Under the pieces are notes generated by a model. It was not told the DNA's origin. It made no database searches and saw only the letters and a program-made list of their open reading frames with translations. 64,000 bases of DNA from Candidatus Dormibacteria bacterium (lineage in GTDB: Bacteria; Chloroflexota; Dormibacteria; Aeolococcales; Bog-877), in contig JBJKSO010000086.1 in NCBI GenBank assembly GCA_046703825.1, positions 16,142 to 80,141 of the forward strand, in the 5' to 3' direction. Position 1 is the stretch's first letter. The number at the start of each line of letters is the position of its first letter. A program made the position numbers and the translations under genes. This document shows, piece after piece, positions 9,203-19,325 of the stretch.

Positions 9203-10600
9203 CTACCTCCGCGGCGGCGTCTCCGCGCGCCACCGCTGGCCAGCAGCTTGGAGGACGTCCCAGGGGCTGCCAAGCGGTGGCGTGTAGGAGAGATCGAGGT
9301 CGCTCAGCTGGTCTACGCCGAGGCCGGCGTAGATGGCCGTGGCCGCGGTGTCGATGCGCTTGTGGACGGCGCTCTGAATGGTCCCGACCATCTGGACACC
9401 AAGGAGTCGGCCGGTGGCGAGATCTCCGGTGGTGTGGACGTGCACGGTGGTGGCGCCCGGGTAGTACGCCTTGTGGTCGTCGGCAACCGAGGCGATCGTG
9501 CGGGGATCGAATCCGGCAGGAACGGCTTCGTGGTCGCGGATGCCGGTTCGGGCGGCGACGAGGTCGAAGATCCTCACCACCTGGGTGCCAAGGCTGCCTT
9601 CGAACCGGCGGTGCCCACCGAGGGCGTTTTCGCCGGCGACCCGACCCTGCTTGTGGGCGGTGGTACCGAGCGGGAGGTAGGTCTCGCCGAGCAGCACGTG
9701 GTGGGTGAGGGCGCAGTCGCCGGCCGCGTAGACGTCGGGCAGACCCGTGGCCATGTGCCGATCGACCCGAATGGCCCCCTTCGGGGTGAGCGACAGCCCA
9801 GCTGATCGAGCGAGGGCCGTGTCGGGGGTGACGCCGGTGACGACGAGGACCATGTCGGCGTGCAGGTCGACTCGCGCGTCGGCCTCGTCGTCGGGGCCGA
9901 GACCAACCGCGTGGACGGTGAGGTGGGCGCGGTCGGCGTCGACAGCGGTGACGGTGGTGGCCGCCCGCACCTCGACGCCGTGGGTGGAGAGCTCGCCAGC
10001 GACGAGCTCGCCGAGGGCGCCGTCCACGGTGGGCAGCACCTGGGGGAGCGCTTCGACCAAGGTGACGGCAATGCCGCGGGTGCGCAGCGCTTCGGACATC
10101 TCCAGGCCGATGTAGCCGGCGCCGACGATGACAACGCGTTCCGGCCGGCGGCCGGCAAGGCTGGACATGACCCGGTGGGTGTCGCCCATGGTGTGGAGCA
10201 GGTGGACGCCGTCGTCCGGCCCGAGGCGGTCGAGCCCGGCGATGGGAGGCCGGAGCGGCACGGCACCGGTGGCGACGACGAGGCGGTCGTAACCGATGGT
10301 CTGCTCGTGGGCGGCGTCGGCGGTGGCCGTCACCTCGTGGGCGGCGACGTCGATGTGGCGGGCACGGGTGTCGGTCAGGAGGCGGATCCCGAGCGCTTCG
10401 AGGTCGGCCCTGCCGCGATGGGCGAGGTCGTGCCAGTCGCCGACCTCGCCGGAGAGGTAGTAGGGGATGCCGCAGATGCTGAAGTTGGGATAAGCATCCG
10501 CGAGCATGACGGTGACCTCGACGTTAGGATCGAGCTCGCGGGCGCGGAGCGCTGCCGAGATCCCCCCGTCGCTTCCTCCGAGGCAGAGCAGTCGGGTCAT
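9203..10600 (-). CDS. CoA-disulfide reductase / NADH oxidase-like FAD-dependent oxidoreductase
   Basis: GGSDGG FAD site, NFSICGIPY single redox Cys, GAGYIGLE, YAAGD, AYYPG, DLSYTPP; ATG at 10600. Confidence 0.9.
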   Translation of the reverse strand: MTRLLCLGGSDGGISAALRARELDPNVEVTVMLADAYPNFSICGIPYYLSGEVGDWHDLAHRGRADLEALGIRLLTDTRARHIDVAAHEVTATADAAHEQTIGYDRLVVATGAVPLRPPIAGLDRLGPDDGVHLLHTMGDTHRVMSSLAGRRPERVVIVGAGYIGLEMSEALRTRGIAVTLVEALPQVLPTVDGALGELVAGELSTHGVEVRAATTVTAVDADRAHLTVHAVGLGPDDEADARVDLHADMVLVVTGVTPDTALARSAGLSLTPKGAIRVDRHMATGLPDVYAAGDCALTHHVLLGETYLPLGTTAHKQGRVAGENALGGHRRFEGSLGTQVVRIFDLVAARTGIRDHEAVPAGFDPRTIASVADDHKAYYPGATTVHVHTTGDLATGRLLGVQMVGTIQSAVHKRIDTAATAIYAGLGVDQLSDLDLSYTPPLGSPWDVLQAAGQRWRAETPPRR

Positions 10601-10728
10601 GCCCACCACCGCTCGGCTCGCGTCCGACTCCTCGCCGGCGCAGGGCCGGCCCGCCAGCCGCAGTCCAGGCGGCTCGCGACCGTAGGCGTCGCCGGGCGGA
10701 TGTCCAGGTCGCAGTCACGACCGTTCAA
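10597..10728 (-). pseudogene. 43-codon remnant, possibly of a GNAT (ArsN-like) acetyltransferase
   Basis: Its TTG overlaps the acr3 stop and its TGA overlaps the next ATG; begins MNGRDCDLDIRPAT, similar to a GNAT N-terminus. Weak. Confidence 0.3.
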
Positions 10729-11834
10729 GAGCCGATCTCCACGCTTTTCGGAAACAGGCGCCGTCGTGCCCACAGCGAGACGTAGACGAGGCCGACGAGA
10801 ACTGGGACCTCGATGAGGGGACCGACCACCCCGGCTAGCGCCTGGCCGGAGGTGACCCCGAAGACGCCGATGCACACGGCGATGGCGAGCTCGAAGTTGT
10901 TGCCGGCGGCCGTGAACGCCAAGGTGGCGGTCCGCTTGTAGGGGAGGCGCATGGCCTTGCCCCAGGCGAAGGAACCGGTCCACATGATGGCGAAGTAGCA
11001 GAGCAAAGGCAGGGCGATGCGGGCTACCTCGAGCGGCTGCGCGGTGATGGTGTGACCTTGCAGGGCGAAGAGGATGACGATGGTGTACAGGAGGCCGACC
11101 AGCGCCAGCGGCCCGACCTTGGGAAGGAGCTTCTCCTCATACCATCGTCGGCCCTTGGCCCGTTCGGAGGCGGTGCGGGTGAGGTAGCCGGCGACTAGCG
11201 GGATGCCCAAGAAGATGGCGACCGTCTCGGCGATCTCTCCGATCGAGAAGTGGAGCCCGACCGTGGACAGCCCGAGCCAGCCGGGGAGCACCCGCAGGTA
11301 GAAGTAACCGAGTAGGGCAAAGGCGACGATCTGGAACAGCGAGTTGAGGGCCACGAGCACCGCCGCGGCTTCACGATCGCCGCATGACAGGTCGTTCCAG
11401 ATGAGGACCATCGCGATGCAGCGGGCGAGTCCGACGATGATGAGCCCGGTGCGATAGGCGGGCTGGTCAGGCAGCAGGGCCCAGGCGAGGCCGAACATCA
11501 CCGCCGGTCCGATGACCCAGTTGAGCACGAGCGAAGACACGAGCATGCGTCGGTCCCGCGTGACCGAGCCGAGCTCGCCGTAGCGAACCTTGGCGAGCAC
11601 TGGGTACATCATCACCAGTAGCCCGACAAAGATCGGGAGCGACGTCCCCTGAGTGACCTGGATGGCGTCGAGGTGCCGGTTGAGGCTAGGGATCGCCCGT
11701 CCCAGCCCGATACCGAGGCCCATGGCCACCAGGATCCATACCGGCAGGAAGCGGTCGAGCAGCGACAGGCGCCGAACCACGGGCCCTTCGGTGTCCACCG
11801 CCGGAGCTGGCCGTGTGTCGACAAGCTGGCTCAC
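10725..11834 (-). CDS. acr3: Acr3-family arsenite efflux transporter
   Basis: LDRFLPVWI, MMYPVLAKV, GLARCIAMV, GNNFELAIAV, GPLIEVPVL; GTG start overlaps the upstream stop. Confidence 0.95.
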   Translation of the reverse strand: MSQLVDTRPAPAVDTEGPVVRRLSLLDRFLPVWILVAMGLGIGLGRAIPSLNRHLDAIQVTQGTSLPIFVGLLVMMYPVLAKVRYGELGSVTRDRRMLVSSLVLNWVIGPAVMFGLAWALLPDQPAYRTGLIIVGLARCIAMVLIWNDLSCGDREAAAVLVALNSLFQIVAFALLGYFYLRVLPGWLGLSTVGLHFSIGEIAETVAIFLGIPLVAGYLTRTASERAKGRRWYEEKLLPKVGPLALVGLLYTIVILFALQGHTITAQPLEVARIALPLLCYFAIMWTGSFAWGKAMRLPYKRTATLAFTAAGNNFELAIAVCIGVFGVTSGQALAGVVGPLIEVPVLVGLVYVSLWARRRLFPKSVEIGS

Positions 11835-12079
11835 CGGCTTGGCTCGGCCAGTGGCACTCCACGGATCGACGGCTCCGGTGCCCCGGCGCACCGCGCGGGC
11901 TCGCCTGGTGCGGCTGCCCGAAGCTGGTGGGCGTTCGCGGCGGCTTCCCCTAGGGCGGTGTAGATCTCCCACGGCTCGCCGCCCCACCCCTTGCTCGGCT
12001 CTCCGCAGAAGAGCTTCGGGTAGAAGCGGACCGAGTGGTGAAGATCGGCGACATTCAAGGCGACCTGGACTCGGGACAC
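11831..12079 (-). pseudogene. arsI: ArsI/CadI VOC-family metalloenzyme with an in-frame internal deletion
   Basis: N-terminus MSRVQVALNVADL..SVRFY.KLF..EPSK is joined directly to C-terminal GEPWEIY; the central part, including the vicinal Cys pair, is missing. Confidence 0.8.
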
Positions 12080-12126
12080 GGGCACTCTCCTGCCAGTAGA
12101 TTTACGAACATCGATCGTAGTCGTTA

Positions 12127-12144
12127 CATTGACTGTTGTCAATG
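12127..12144. promoter_or_regulatory. probable ArsR operator
   Basis: Perfect inverted repeat CATTGAC-tgtt-GTCAATG between the divergent arsI/acr3 and arsR starts; a degenerate copy lies at 12109-12126. Confidence 0.65.
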
Positions 12145-12162
12145 AGTGTGGAGGAGCCGCAG

Positions 12163-12525
12163 ATGTCCGCTCGATCCACGAGTCTCACCGAGATCTCGAG
12201 CGCCAAAGTGACCGACGAGGCGCCCTGCAGCGCCTCGGTGCTTGAAGCTCCGCTCGGCGAGGCCGAAGCGGCCGACCTCGCCCGGGTGCTCGGGGCGCTT
12301 GCCGACCCGGTGCGTCTGCGGCTTCTGTCGCTCGTCGCCGCCCGAGGCGAGGTGTGCTCCTGCGATCTCGAGGTGCCGCTCGCAAAGAGCCAGCCGACCA
12401 TCTCGCACCACACCAAGGTTCTCGCCGAAGCCGGGCTGGTCGTGGGTGAACACCGGGGGCGCTGGACTTGGTGGCACATCGTCCCCGACCGCCTGGCGGC
12501 CACCCGCCGCGCGCTCGGGGGTTGA
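12163..12525 (+). CDS. arsR: ArsR/SmtB transcriptional repressor
   Basis: ALADPVRLRLL, EVCSCDL, SQPTISHH; SD GGAGGA before ATG 12163. Confidence 0.93.
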   Translation: MSARSTSLTEISSAKVTDEAPCSASVLEAPLGEAEAADLARVLGALADPVRLRLLSLVAARGEVCSCDLEVPLAKSQPTISHHTKVLAEAGLVVGEHRGRWTWWHIVPDRLAATRRALGG

Positions 12526-12626
12526 CCGGACGGGGTCACCGCCCCAGCAGGCCTGGACGGCGAATGCTTGACGGGCCGCGGCCTGGCGCCTGTCCGCGCG
12601 TCTTCCACCTCGCCTGACCGAGCCGC

Positions 12627-13029
12627 TCACGCGTAGCGGCGCCGAGCCTCTTGTTCGAGTGGGCAGCGTCCGTCCGTCCGGCCACAGGCGTTCAGGTCGC
12701 AGAGCCGGCAGGTCCATCGGGTAGCTCCCGGCTCCCGCATCATGCCAACCAGCAGTCGTCCGGCAAGGGCCCCGAAGGTTTGTCGCTCGTCATCGTCCGC
12801 ACGTAGCCGTACCGCTCGAGGCGATCGACAAGTCGGACCGTTCCCGACTTGCCGAGGCCGAGCACCGTCGCCGCGCCGTCCATGGAAGGAGCGTCAAGGA
12901 ATTGCCGGACGGCGCCGAGTAATGCCGAGGTGCTCTCGGGCCGGCCAAATGCCTCTCCCAGCCTGTCGGTGATCGCGGTAGCGAGCGCGCCAAGAAGGTG
13001 TGAGGGCTGGCTGGTGGGCTACCGGCCAC
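12627..13029 (-). pseudogene. MarR-family regulator pseudogene (Cys-rich C-terminus type)
   Basis: Hand translation gives HLLGALATAITDRL...LGLGKSGTVRLVDRLERYGYVR, then in another frame ERQTFGALAGRLLVG...TCRLCDLNACG...CPL*; frameshifts plus a deleted wing region. Confidence 0.75.
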
Positions 13030-13426
13030 CTGGGATCGCTAGGTCGAAGTTGTAGGTGCCGGAGCTTCCGCGGCCGGCGGCAGCAGATCCCGATCCCGTG
13101 ATCCCGCCCAGCTCGCCGGTGCCGGAGCCGTCGATTACCTCGAAGTCTGTACGCGCTTCAGCCCCGTCATACCTACCGTAGGCACGCAGCACGAAGCTCC
13201 CGGTGTTACCTCCGACCTGGCCGAGCACCCGGTGATGGCCGACGAACTCGGCAGTACCATCCGATCGGTACGTCATCACCATGTCGGCAACGGTTTCTGC
13301 CTCGATGCCGCCGGTGAAGCGCTGGCCGATCCGAGCGGTGGTCACCTTCACGGTGCCCTCCAGCCCTTCAACTGGCTGCTCGTCCCACGAGCTCACCTCG
13401 AAGTCGCCCTGGACGTGTTCGGTCAT
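13019..13426 (-). CDS. DUF3224-family beta-barrel protein
   Basis: GDFEVSSWDE, FTGGIE, GSFVL, GSGTGELGGITG pattern. Confidence 0.8.
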   Translation of the reverse strand: MTEHVQGDFEVSSWDEQPVEGLEGTVKVTTARIGQRFTGGIEAETVADMVMTYRSDGTAEFVGHHRVLGQVGGNTGSFVLRAYGRYDGAEARTDFEVIDGSGTGELGGITGSGSAAAGRGSSGTYNFDLAIPGGR

Positions 13427-13525
13427 CGATCTCTCTCTCGCATAGAAATGAATGGCGCATACATCGCACGAGATTAAACAAGCGCAGGCAAGGGACCAAG
13501 GTGCTATGGCGACTCCGCCGAGCCG

Positions 13526-14632
13526 CTACGGCTCCTTACCCAGGACCACGGTGACCTGAAAAGAACGCCCGGAGCGGTCGATCTCAAGCGTCACCTTGGA
13601 CCCGGGCCGGTGCCGCAGGCTCAACTCCACCAGCTGGTCCGGGCTGGATGCCGTGACTCCATCGATCTTTGTTAACAGGTCGCCGCTACGGATTCCGGCA
13701 GCGGCGGCTGGGCCGCCGGCGGCGACAGACGTGACATAGAGGCCGCCGATTGGCTGGCCGGTCTCAGAGGTGAGCGGCTCTGCTTCGAGCCCGAGGTAGG
13801 CGTGGGTCGCCTTACCACTCGTGATGAGGTCGTTGGCTATCGTCTTGGCCTCGTCGACCGGGATCGCAAAGCCCAGCCCGATATCGCCGCCGTTGGTCGG
13901 CTCACCGTTGGCGCTGGGGATGGTCGCCCCGGCCGAAGGGATGCCGACTAGCTGGCCAGCGCAGTTCACGAGCGCCCCGCCGCTGTTGCCCGGATTGATG
14001 GCCGCGTCCGTCTGGATGGCGTCGATCAGCAGAGCGTTGGTCGAACCTTCGCCGGGGACGGCGATGGTACGGTCGAGCGCGCTCACGATTCCGGCGGTCA
14101 CCGTGCTTGACAACCCGAGCGGTGCGCCCAGGACCACGACGGGCTGCCCTACGCGCAAGCGGGCCGAGTCGCCCATCGGTATCGCCTTCAGCGGTCGTTT
14201 GGTGGTGACCTTCACCACCGCAAGATCGCTGAGGGGGTCGCGTCCGACAACATGAGCCGGGACGCTTGTCCCATCATCGAACAGGACCGAGACCGAGGCA
14301 CCGGTGGCGACGGCGGCCACGACGTGGTTGTTGGTCAGGATCTCGCCGTTGGAGCGGATGACCTCGCCGGATCCGGTTGACAACGAACTCTGACTTCGGA
14401 CTGAGATGGTCACCACCGATCGCAGGTCCTTGGCCGCCACCGACTCCACAGGGCACGCCGCTTGCGCGCTGCCGGAAACCGCCGGGGTTGCCGGCGCCGG
14501 TGCCGGCGGTGCGGTCGAGCGGGCGACGAACCCCCCCAGCGCTCCGGCGCCCAGCGCGACGACTACCAGGCCGCCGCCAAACCAGAACATCCGTGCTGTG
14601 GCGGATTTCGCACCGGACCGTTTTGGGTCCAT
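13526..14632 (-). CDS. htrA: HtrA/DegP-like serine protease with TM anchor and one PDZ domain
   Basis: TNNHVV, SDLAVV and IQTDAAINPGNSGG triad, C-terminal PDZ; ATG 14632 avoids overlap with ftsH. Confidence 0.92.
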   Translation of the reverse strand: MDPKRSGAKSATARMFWFGGGLVVVALGAGALGGFVARSTAPPAPAPATPAVSGSAQAACPVESVAAKDLRSVVTISVRSQSSLSTGSGEVIRSNGEILTNNHVVAAVATGASVSVLFDDGTSVPAHVVGRDPLSDLAVVKVTTKRPLKAIPMGDSARLRVGQPVVVLGAPLGLSSTVTAGIVSALDRTIAVPGEGSTNALLIDAIQTDAAINPGNSGGALVNCAGQLVGIPSAGATIPSANGEPTNGGDIGLGFAIPVDEAKTIANDLITSGKATHAYLGLEAEPLTSETGQPIGGLYVTSVAAGGPAAAAGIRSGDLLTKIDGVTASSPDQLVELSLRHRPGSKVTLEIDRSGRSFQVTVVLGKEP

Positions 14633-14828
14633 CGACCTAGGCACGATAGCGCGGAACTGGTGCCAGTGCGCGACTTTGCCTGATTCGATTCCAATGTTCC
14701 GAGCCGCCGCCACGCGGGTGGCAGGGTGCCAGACGGCCGTCGGGCTGTCGAGGCGGGCCGGCAGGCCGTGACGCCCGCGCGAGGTGCCGCCGAAGGGGGC
14801 AGCTGAGTTTGCGGATACAATCACCAGT

Positions 14829-16715
14829 ATGCGCAACCAGCGGCGCGCGATCGCGTACCTCGCAGTCTTCGCCGCGATCTTGGCGATCGCCATACTGGCG
14901 TGGCATGTCGCGCCCACCCAGAACGTCCCGAGCGCCAGCGCCGGCAAGCTGCAGCAGGCTCTGCAGAACTACCAGCTCAAGGCTGAAGGCAAGCCGGTCC
15001 CGGCGGGCCAGCCGATCATTAGCGACACCCACACCGCCCAGGTCCTCAACGCCGGCCAGTCCGTGGACTGGTGGACCACCACGGGCAAGGAATATCAGTC
15101 GGTGGTCGAGGCCAGTGACCCGGAAACCCTCTTCAGCCGCTACAACTACACGAACTACAGCGTTCAGCAGTCGAGCTCAGACAACGTGTTCCTGACCCTG
15201 ATCCTGCCCAACCTGATCATCGTCTTGGTGATCCTGGGCTTCCTTTGGTTCATGCTGCGCCAAAGCCAGAGCGGCAACAACCAGGCCCTCTCCTTCGGCC
15301 GCAGCCGCGCCCGGCTGGTGGCCGGCGACAAGCCCCAGGTGACCTTCGCCGACGTGGCCGGGGTGGACGAGGCCAAGCAGGAGCTGACCGAGATCGTCGA
15401 GTTCCTGAAGTACCCCGAGCGGTTCACCTCGCTGGGGGCCCGCATCCCCAAGGGCGTCCTGATGGTGGGGCCGCCCGGCGCTGGCAAGACCCTGCTCAGC
15501 AAGGCGGTCGCCGGGGAGGCGGGGGTGCCCTTCTTCAGCATCTCGGGCTCGGAGTTTGTGGAGATGTTCGTGGGCGTCGGCGCCAGCCGGGTGCGCGACC
15601 TCTTCGACCAGGCCAAGAAGAACAGCCCCTGCATCGTGTTCGTGGACGAGATCGACGCGGTCGGCCGCCAGCGCGGCGCCGGTCTGGGTGGCGGTCATGA
15701 CGAGCGGGAGCAGACCCTCAACCAGCTCTTGGTCGAGATGGACGGATTCGAGACCAACACCCACGTGATCGTGATCGCCGCCACCAACCGGCCCGACGTG
15801 CTGGATCCCGCCCTGCTCCGTCCCGGCCGCTTCGACCGCCACGTCACCCTGGACCGCCCGGACATCCGCGGCCGCGAGGCCATCCTCAAGGTGCACGCGC
15901 GCAACAAGCCGCTGGACACGGCGGTGGACGTCGCGGTGTTGGCTCGGCAGACGGTCGGTTTCAGTGGCGCCGATCTGGCCAACCTGATCAACGAGGCGGC
16001 TATTTTGGCCGCCCGCCAGAACAAGAAGATGATCGCGATGCCCGAACTGGAGGAGGCGATCGCCCGGGTGATCGCCGGGCCGGAGCGCAAGTCCCGCCGC
16101 ATCTCCGATGAGGAGAAGCTGGTCATCGCCTACCACGAGATGGGCCATGCCCTGGTGATGCGCAGCCTGCCCCACTGCGATCCGCCCTACAAGATCAGCA
16201 TCGTCAGCCGCGGCATGGCCCTGGGCTGGACGATGCAGCTGCCGGAGCACGACAAGGTGCTGGTGAGCAAGGCCGAGCTGACCGACCAGCTCTCGGGAAT
16301 GCTGGGCGGCCGGGTGGCGGAGGAGATCCTGTTGGGCGACGGCAACATCACCACCGGGGCTTCGGACGACATCGGCAAGGCCACCAAGCTGGCGCGCCGG
16401 ATGGTCACCGAGTGGGGGATGAGTGAGCGCCTCGGCCCGCTCGCTTTCGGGACCAAGGAGGAGTTGGTCTTCCTGGGCCGCGATCTCGGCGAGCAGCGCA
16501 ACTACTCCGAGGAGGTGGCGGGCGAGATCGACCAGGAGGTGCACTCTTTGGTCGACAACGCCTACCTGACTGCCAAGAAGGTGCTCACCCTGCGCCGCCA
16601 GACGCTGCAGGCGCTCGCCGACCATCTGGTCCAGGTGGAGTCGATGGACCGCCACGAGATGGACCAGCTGATCGAGCAGGCGGAAGAGGAGCCTCCCGCC
16701 GCGGCCAACATGTGA
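14829..16715 (+). CDS. ftsH: ATP-dependent zinc metalloprotease FtsH
   Basis: Two TMs, [29 protein letters not shown]. Confidence 0.98.
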   Translation: MRNQRRAIAYLAVFAAILAIAILAWHVAPTQNVPSASAGKLQQALQNYQLKAEGKPVPAGQPIISDTHTAQVLNAGQSVDWWTTTGKEYQSVVEASDPETLFSRYNYTNYSVQQSSSDNVFLTLILPNLIIVLVILGFLWFMLRQSQSGNNQALSFGRSRARLVAGDKPQVTFADVAGVDEAKQELTEIVEFLKYPERFTSLGARIPKGVLMVGPPGAGKTLLSKAVAGEAGVPFFSISGSEFVEMFVGVGASRVRDLFDQAKKNSPCIVFVDEIDAVGRQRGAGLGGGHDEREQTLNQLLVEMDGFETNTHVIVIAATNRPDVLDPALLRPGRFDRHVTLDRPDIRGREAILKVHARNKPLDTAVDVAVLARQTVGFSGADLANLINEAAILAARQNKKMIAMPELEEAIARVIAGPERKSRRISDEEKLVIAYHEMGHALVMRSLPHCDPPYKISIVSRGMALGWTMQLPEHDKVLVSKAELTDQLSGMLGGRVAEEILLGDGNITTGASDDIGKATKLARRMVTEWGMSERLGPLAFGTKEELVFLGRDLGEQRNYSEEVAGEIDQEVHSLVDNAYLTAKKVLTLRRQTLQALADHLVQVESMDRHEMDQLIEQAEEEPPAAANM

Positions 16716-16800
16716 CCCGGGCGGCGCTAGCCGCCCCGCCATGACTTACCATGGCCACCGGCTCCCATCGCCTGGAGGCCAGTCCGCTTGGATCCCAGAG

Positions 16801-17613
16801 GTGACCGAGACGGAATCAGGTTTGGGCATCGTCGGCGCCGGCCGCGCCGGCAGCGCTCTGGCGGTACGCGCGGCTGAGCACGGGCTCCACGTAGCGGTTG
16901 CGTCCCGCCGCATCGAGGACGCCAAGCGGTTGGCCGAGCGCTGCTCCGGGGTCGCCCGCGAGGACCCGCTGCTGGTGCTCAGCAGCAGCCCGGTTACCCT
17001 GCTCGCCCTGCCCGAGCGAGCGCTGGAACAGGTCGCCGCTCAGATCTCGCGGGCCGGAGCGGCCAGCCTTGCCGGGCGGGTCGTGGCCCACTGCGCGGGA
17101 GCGCTCGGCCCTTCGGTGCTGGCACCGCTCGCCGACGCCGGGGCCAGCGTCGGCGTCTTCCACCCGCTGGCTCCAATCCCGGACGGTGACGCCTCGTCGC
17201 TCGACGGTGCTTTCGTCGCCCTCGACGGTGACGATGAGGCGGTGGGCCGGATGTCGGAGCTGGCGACCGCCATCGGTTGCCGCTGGTTCCGGCTGGCGGG
17301 GCAGGACCGGGTGCTCTACCATGCGGCCGCCGTACTGGCGGGCGTCTTCCCGGTGATGCTCGAGGGGGCGGCCGAGCAACTGGCGACGTCCATCGGTCTG
17401 GGCTCGGAGGCCAGGTTGGGGCTGAGGCGCCTTCTTCGGCTCTCGGCCGCCAACGTCAGTCGGTTGGGGCCCACGGCCGGAACCAGCGGGCCTTCACGAC
17501 GAGGTGATGACGCGACCTTCCGGCTGCACCTGGACCGGCTAAACGAGGTGAACCCGCGGCTGGCGGGTGCCTATCGAGGCGTCTTGGATCTGATGGCAGG
17601 AGGGTCCCCGTGA
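16801..17613 (+). CDS. Rossmann-like/DUF2520 protein (probable ketopantoate reductase, PanG-type)
   Basis: GIVGAGRAG, HCAGA, FHPL, LYHAAAV, SGPSRRGD; coupled to panB. Confidence 0.8.
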   Translation: MTETESGLGIVGAGRAGSALAVRAAEHGLHVAVASRRIEDAKRLAERCSGVAREDPLLVLSSSPVTLLALPERALEQVAAQISRAGAASLAGRVVAHCAGALGPSVLAPLADAGASVGVFHPLAPIPDGDASSLDGAFVALDGDDEAVGRMSELATAIGCRWFRLAGQDRVLYHAAAVLAGVFPVMLEGAAEQLATSIGLGSEARLGLRRLLRLSAANVSRLGPTAGTSGPSRRGDDATFRLHLDRLNEVNPRLAGAYRGVLDLMAGGSP

Positions 17614-18449
17614 CAGATCAATCCTTGGCGAGCCGACCGGTGCAGATCACCGACCTGGCTCGATGGAAGCAAGCGAAGCAGCGCTTCGCCATGCTTACCG
17701 CCTACGACGCCAACACCGCCGCCTGGCTGGAGCAGGCCGGGATCCCCATCCTGCTGGTGGGTGATTCGGTGGGATCGACCGTACTCGGCTACAGACTCCG
17801 CGACGGGGGGCCGAGCACGATGCCGGTCACCTTGGAGGAGATGCTGCACCACGCCAAGGCCGTCGCCCGCGGTTGTCGCCGGCCGCTGCTGGTTGGCGAC
17901 CTCCCCTTCTTGAGCTACCACCTGGGGCTCGACGAGGCCACCCGTGCCGCCGGCCGGATGCTCAAGGAGGGCGGCATGCAGGCGGTCAAGCTGGAGGGCG
18001 GCGGGCCGATGCTCGAAGTGGTGGCCCATTTGGCCGAGCGGGGAATCCCGGTGATGGGGCACCTCGGCCTCACTCCCCAGAGCGTCTACGCCATGGGGGG
18101 CCTCCGGGTCCAGGGCCGCAAGGATCGGCAGGCCGAGCAGTTGCGCGCCGACGTCGCCGGGCTGGAGCAGGCGGGCGCCTTCTCGGTCGTGCTGGAAGGT
18201 ATCCCTGCCCGGCTGGGCTCGGAACTGAGCGCCGCGACCGCAATGCCCACGATCGGGATCGGGGCGGGCCCCGGGTGCGACGGACAGGTGCTGGTCCTCC
18301 ACGACATGCTCGGGCTAACCATTGGTCCGGCGCCGAAGTTCGCGCGCAGTTTCGGAGAGCTGGGCTTGCAGATGCGCGAGGCCGCAGGCTCGTTCAGGGC
18401 GGCGGTGGAGTCCGGCGCCTACCCGGACGAAGAGCACAGCTACGCCTGA
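17610..18449 (+). CDS. panB: 3-methyl-2-oxobutanoate hydroxymethyltransferase
   Basis: MLTAYD, LVGDS, VKLEGG, HLGLTPQ, IGIGAG.CDGQVLV. Confidence 0.97.
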   Translation: MTDQSLASRPVQITDLARWKQAKQRFAMLTAYDANTAAWLEQAGIPILLVGDSVGSTVLGYRLRDGGPSTMPVTLEEMLHHAKAVARGCRRPLLVGDLPFLSYHLGLDEATRAAGRMLKEGGMQAVKLEGGGPMLEVVAHLAERGIPVMGHLGLTPQSVYAMGGLRVQGRKDRQAEQLRADVAGLEQAGAFSVVLEGIPARLGSELSAATAMPTIGIGAGPGCDGQVLVLHDMLGLTIGPAPKFARSFGELGLQMREAAGSFRAAVESGAYPDEEHSYA

Positions 18450-19311
18450 GCCGGCGGCGGCGCCTCGCCTGGTCAGGCACCCCCAGGCGTTGCGCTCGCT
18501 TCTGGTCGAGTGGCGTATGGCGGGATCGTCGGTGGCGCTGGTGCCGACCATGGGGGCGCTGCATCGCGGCCACCGCTCGCTGGTAGACTGCGCCCGCCGT
18601 TCGTGCGATCGCGTCGTGGTCTCGATCTTCGTCAATCCGCTGCAGTTCGGGCCCAGTGAGGACTACAGCCGCTACCCCCGCCGACTCGAGGCGGATCTGG
18701 CGGTGCTGGCTGAGCAGAAGGTCGATGTCTGCTACGCGCCCGATGTGGCCGCCGTCTATCCCGAGGGCTTCGCCACCCAGGTGCACTGCGCCCTGACGGG
18801 CTTGAGCCGCTGGGAGGGGCAACTCCGGCCCGGTCACTTTGACGGGGTGGCGACGGTGGTGACCAAGCTCTTCGCCCTGCTCGGACCGTGCTCGGCTTAC
18901 TTCGGCGAGAAGGACATCCAGCAGCTCGCCATGGTCAGGCGCCTGGCGCGGGACCTGGACGCCGGCACCCAGGTGGTGGGCTGTCCCACCGTGCGGGAAG
19001 AGGACGGCGTGGCGATCTCCAGCCGCAACGCCATGCTCTCCTGGCGCGGGCGGCGTGCCGCCGGCTGCCTGCCCGCGGCGTGGCGAGCTGCCCGGAGCGC
19101 CTACTCAGCCGGGGAGCGTGACGGCCAACGCCTCGGACAGCTGGCCGCGGCTGAGGTCGCCCGCGAGGCGCTGGCCGAGCTGGACTACGCCGTCGTGGTC
19201 GAGGACGTGGAGTTCGAGCCGGTCGAGCGGGCGAACTCGCACTCCCGGCTGCTGCTGGCGGCCACCATCGAAGGTGTCCGCCTGATCGACAACGCGCTCC
19301 TGGAGGAGTGA
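18442..19311 (+). CDS. panC: pantoate-beta-alanine ligase (start uncertain: ACG 18442, CTG 18469 or TTG 18490)
   Basis: VPTMGALHRGH, SIFVNPLQF, RPGHFDGV, FGEKD, SSRN, RLIDN. Confidence 0.93.
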   Translation, partial: TPEPAAAPRLVRHPQALRSLLVEWRMAGSSVALVPTMGALHRGHRSLVDCARRSCDRVVVSIFVNPLQFGPSEDYSRYPRRLEADLAVLAEQKVDVCYAPDVAAVYPEGFATQVHCALTGLSRWEGQLRPGHFDGVATVVTKLFALLGPCSAYFGEKDIQQLAMVRRLARDLDAGTQVVGCPTVREEDGVAISSRNAMLSWRGRRAAGCLPAAWRAARSAYSAGERDGQRLGQLAAAEVAREALAELDYAVVVEDVEFEPVERANSHSRLLLAATIEGVRLIDNALLEE

Positions 19312-19325
19312 GCCGCGGTGAGGGC

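Noticed and set aside
8837-13500. Active integrative element at tRNA-Met
   Set aside because: No integrase or transposase, and no duplicated tRNA 3' end found; only short inverted repeats near 8980-9110.
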